64,000 nucleotides of DNA from Ylistrum balloti (taxonomy: Eukaryota), in assembly GCF_031769215.1 (NCBI RefSeq), contig NW_026781975.1, positions 496,001 through 560,000 on the forward strand, written 5' to 3'. Positions 63,107 through 64,000 of this stretch are shown piece after piece. Numbering within the stretch: position 1 is the first letter of the stretch; every line of letters begins with the position of its first letter. The notes below the pieces were generated by a model, which saw only the letters and a list, made by a program, of their open reading frames with translations, was not told where the DNA came from and made no database searches. Both the position numbers and the translations under genes were made by a program.

Positions 63107-63710
63107 CCTACAGGGTACGAGATGGTCATAAAATCGACACGTCCTTTCGGAAAAAAAAAACCAGAATCAGTCTAGGGTCCATTTAATATACTTTATGTAT
63201 ATATCTTTATTGGACTATCTAGACGTTTTTAATGCAAGGGAAGGATAGCCAAAGAAAATGAAAAGACAGGTAATCATTTCTTACATGAAAGATTTATCCA
63301 AGATCATCTAAAGGACATGGCATTGCAGCAGTCATTGAACCCCACAAGATCTTTCTGAAATATCTTAATCCAACCTAAAAATAACATTTGAAGAAAGGCT
63401 GATATTTAATAAAGATGCAACAATAGCTACTTATCCCGTATCGAAGACGCCGAAAACCCAAGATGGCAGGGAATTAACCAGGTCGGAACGTAAAATATCC
63501 TAGTTCCTGATCAATACTTCGGCCTCAACAAATGATGTTAAATAGAAAAGTTATATCATTGGCTGGTTCATTTCAAAAGCATTAGATAAAGAAACAATCT
63601 TTTCAAGTAGCTTGTCAAAGAAGCCTTGTAGATACATCGAGGTCGGTCGATTCTAAACAGGGACAAGGGGGCCCATTACCTTTCGCATCTCAATAACAAG
63701 ATTTTACTCA
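63107..63710 (+). mobile_element. Highly decayed Penelope-like element (GIY-YIG C-terminus recognisable)
   Basis: LVKEAL*IHRGRSILNRDKGAHYL matches the KEAIxIR...LNRDxG end of PLE endonucleases. A tail fragment GTTCATATTTTGCCCTAGTTT at about 63825 is shared with 10453-10473. Confidence 0.5.
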
Positions 63711-64000
63711 TAGCATAGCCGATTATATTGTTGTTATATTGTTGCAACCCTAAATAAGTATGGAATAACACCAACCAGACCTATTATAGCAACATATTTA
63801 TGCCATCTCGTACACCGTTCATATTGTTCATATTTTGCCCTAGTTTCACTGAATTTGAATTTGGAATATGTTTATGTTGATACGTTGGAAATATCATGCT
63901 ATTCTTTGGTAAATACATGTACCTGTGTTCAATACGAAAAGACATGATAAGTTTAAATGGTATTTTTTCCTTGCTGGTTTTCCGTACACTTTTTTTCTTA

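Overview
AT-rich, intron-rich animal genomic DNA. The repeat families and gene sequences suggest a mollusc, which is an inference. I reconstructed spliced genes by hand from GT-AG boundaries and reading-frame phase. (1) The 3' nine coding exons of an SLC23/nucleobase-ascorbate transporter (+, 259-12504). (2) Two intact tandem hydroxylysine-kinase (HYKK/AGPHD1)-like paralogues of 396 aa each (+, 19302-22531 and 25109-30519). (3) A complete 11-exon PSMD4/Rpn10 (-, 36908-45127). (4) RCCD1, head-to-head with PSMD4 (+, 45372-52468), whose exon 5 carries an in-frame 11 x 39-bp minisatellite and a poly-Ser tract. (5) A less certain two-exon, 322-aa seven-transmembrane protein (-, 13845-17041) that I cannot assign to a family. 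Introns and intergenic DNA hold Penelope-like retroelement remnants (one with a decayed hammerhead ribozyme), an SGNH-hydrolase fragment next to a 134-bp foldback, mariner and FLYWCH-MULE relics, and tRNA-derived SINE pieces. There are also several tandem arrays, including a 3.5-kb 21-bp satellite punctuated by a constant 85-bp linker. No rRNA, intact tRNA or CRISPR array was found. No database searches were run, so family assignments come from motif recognition.
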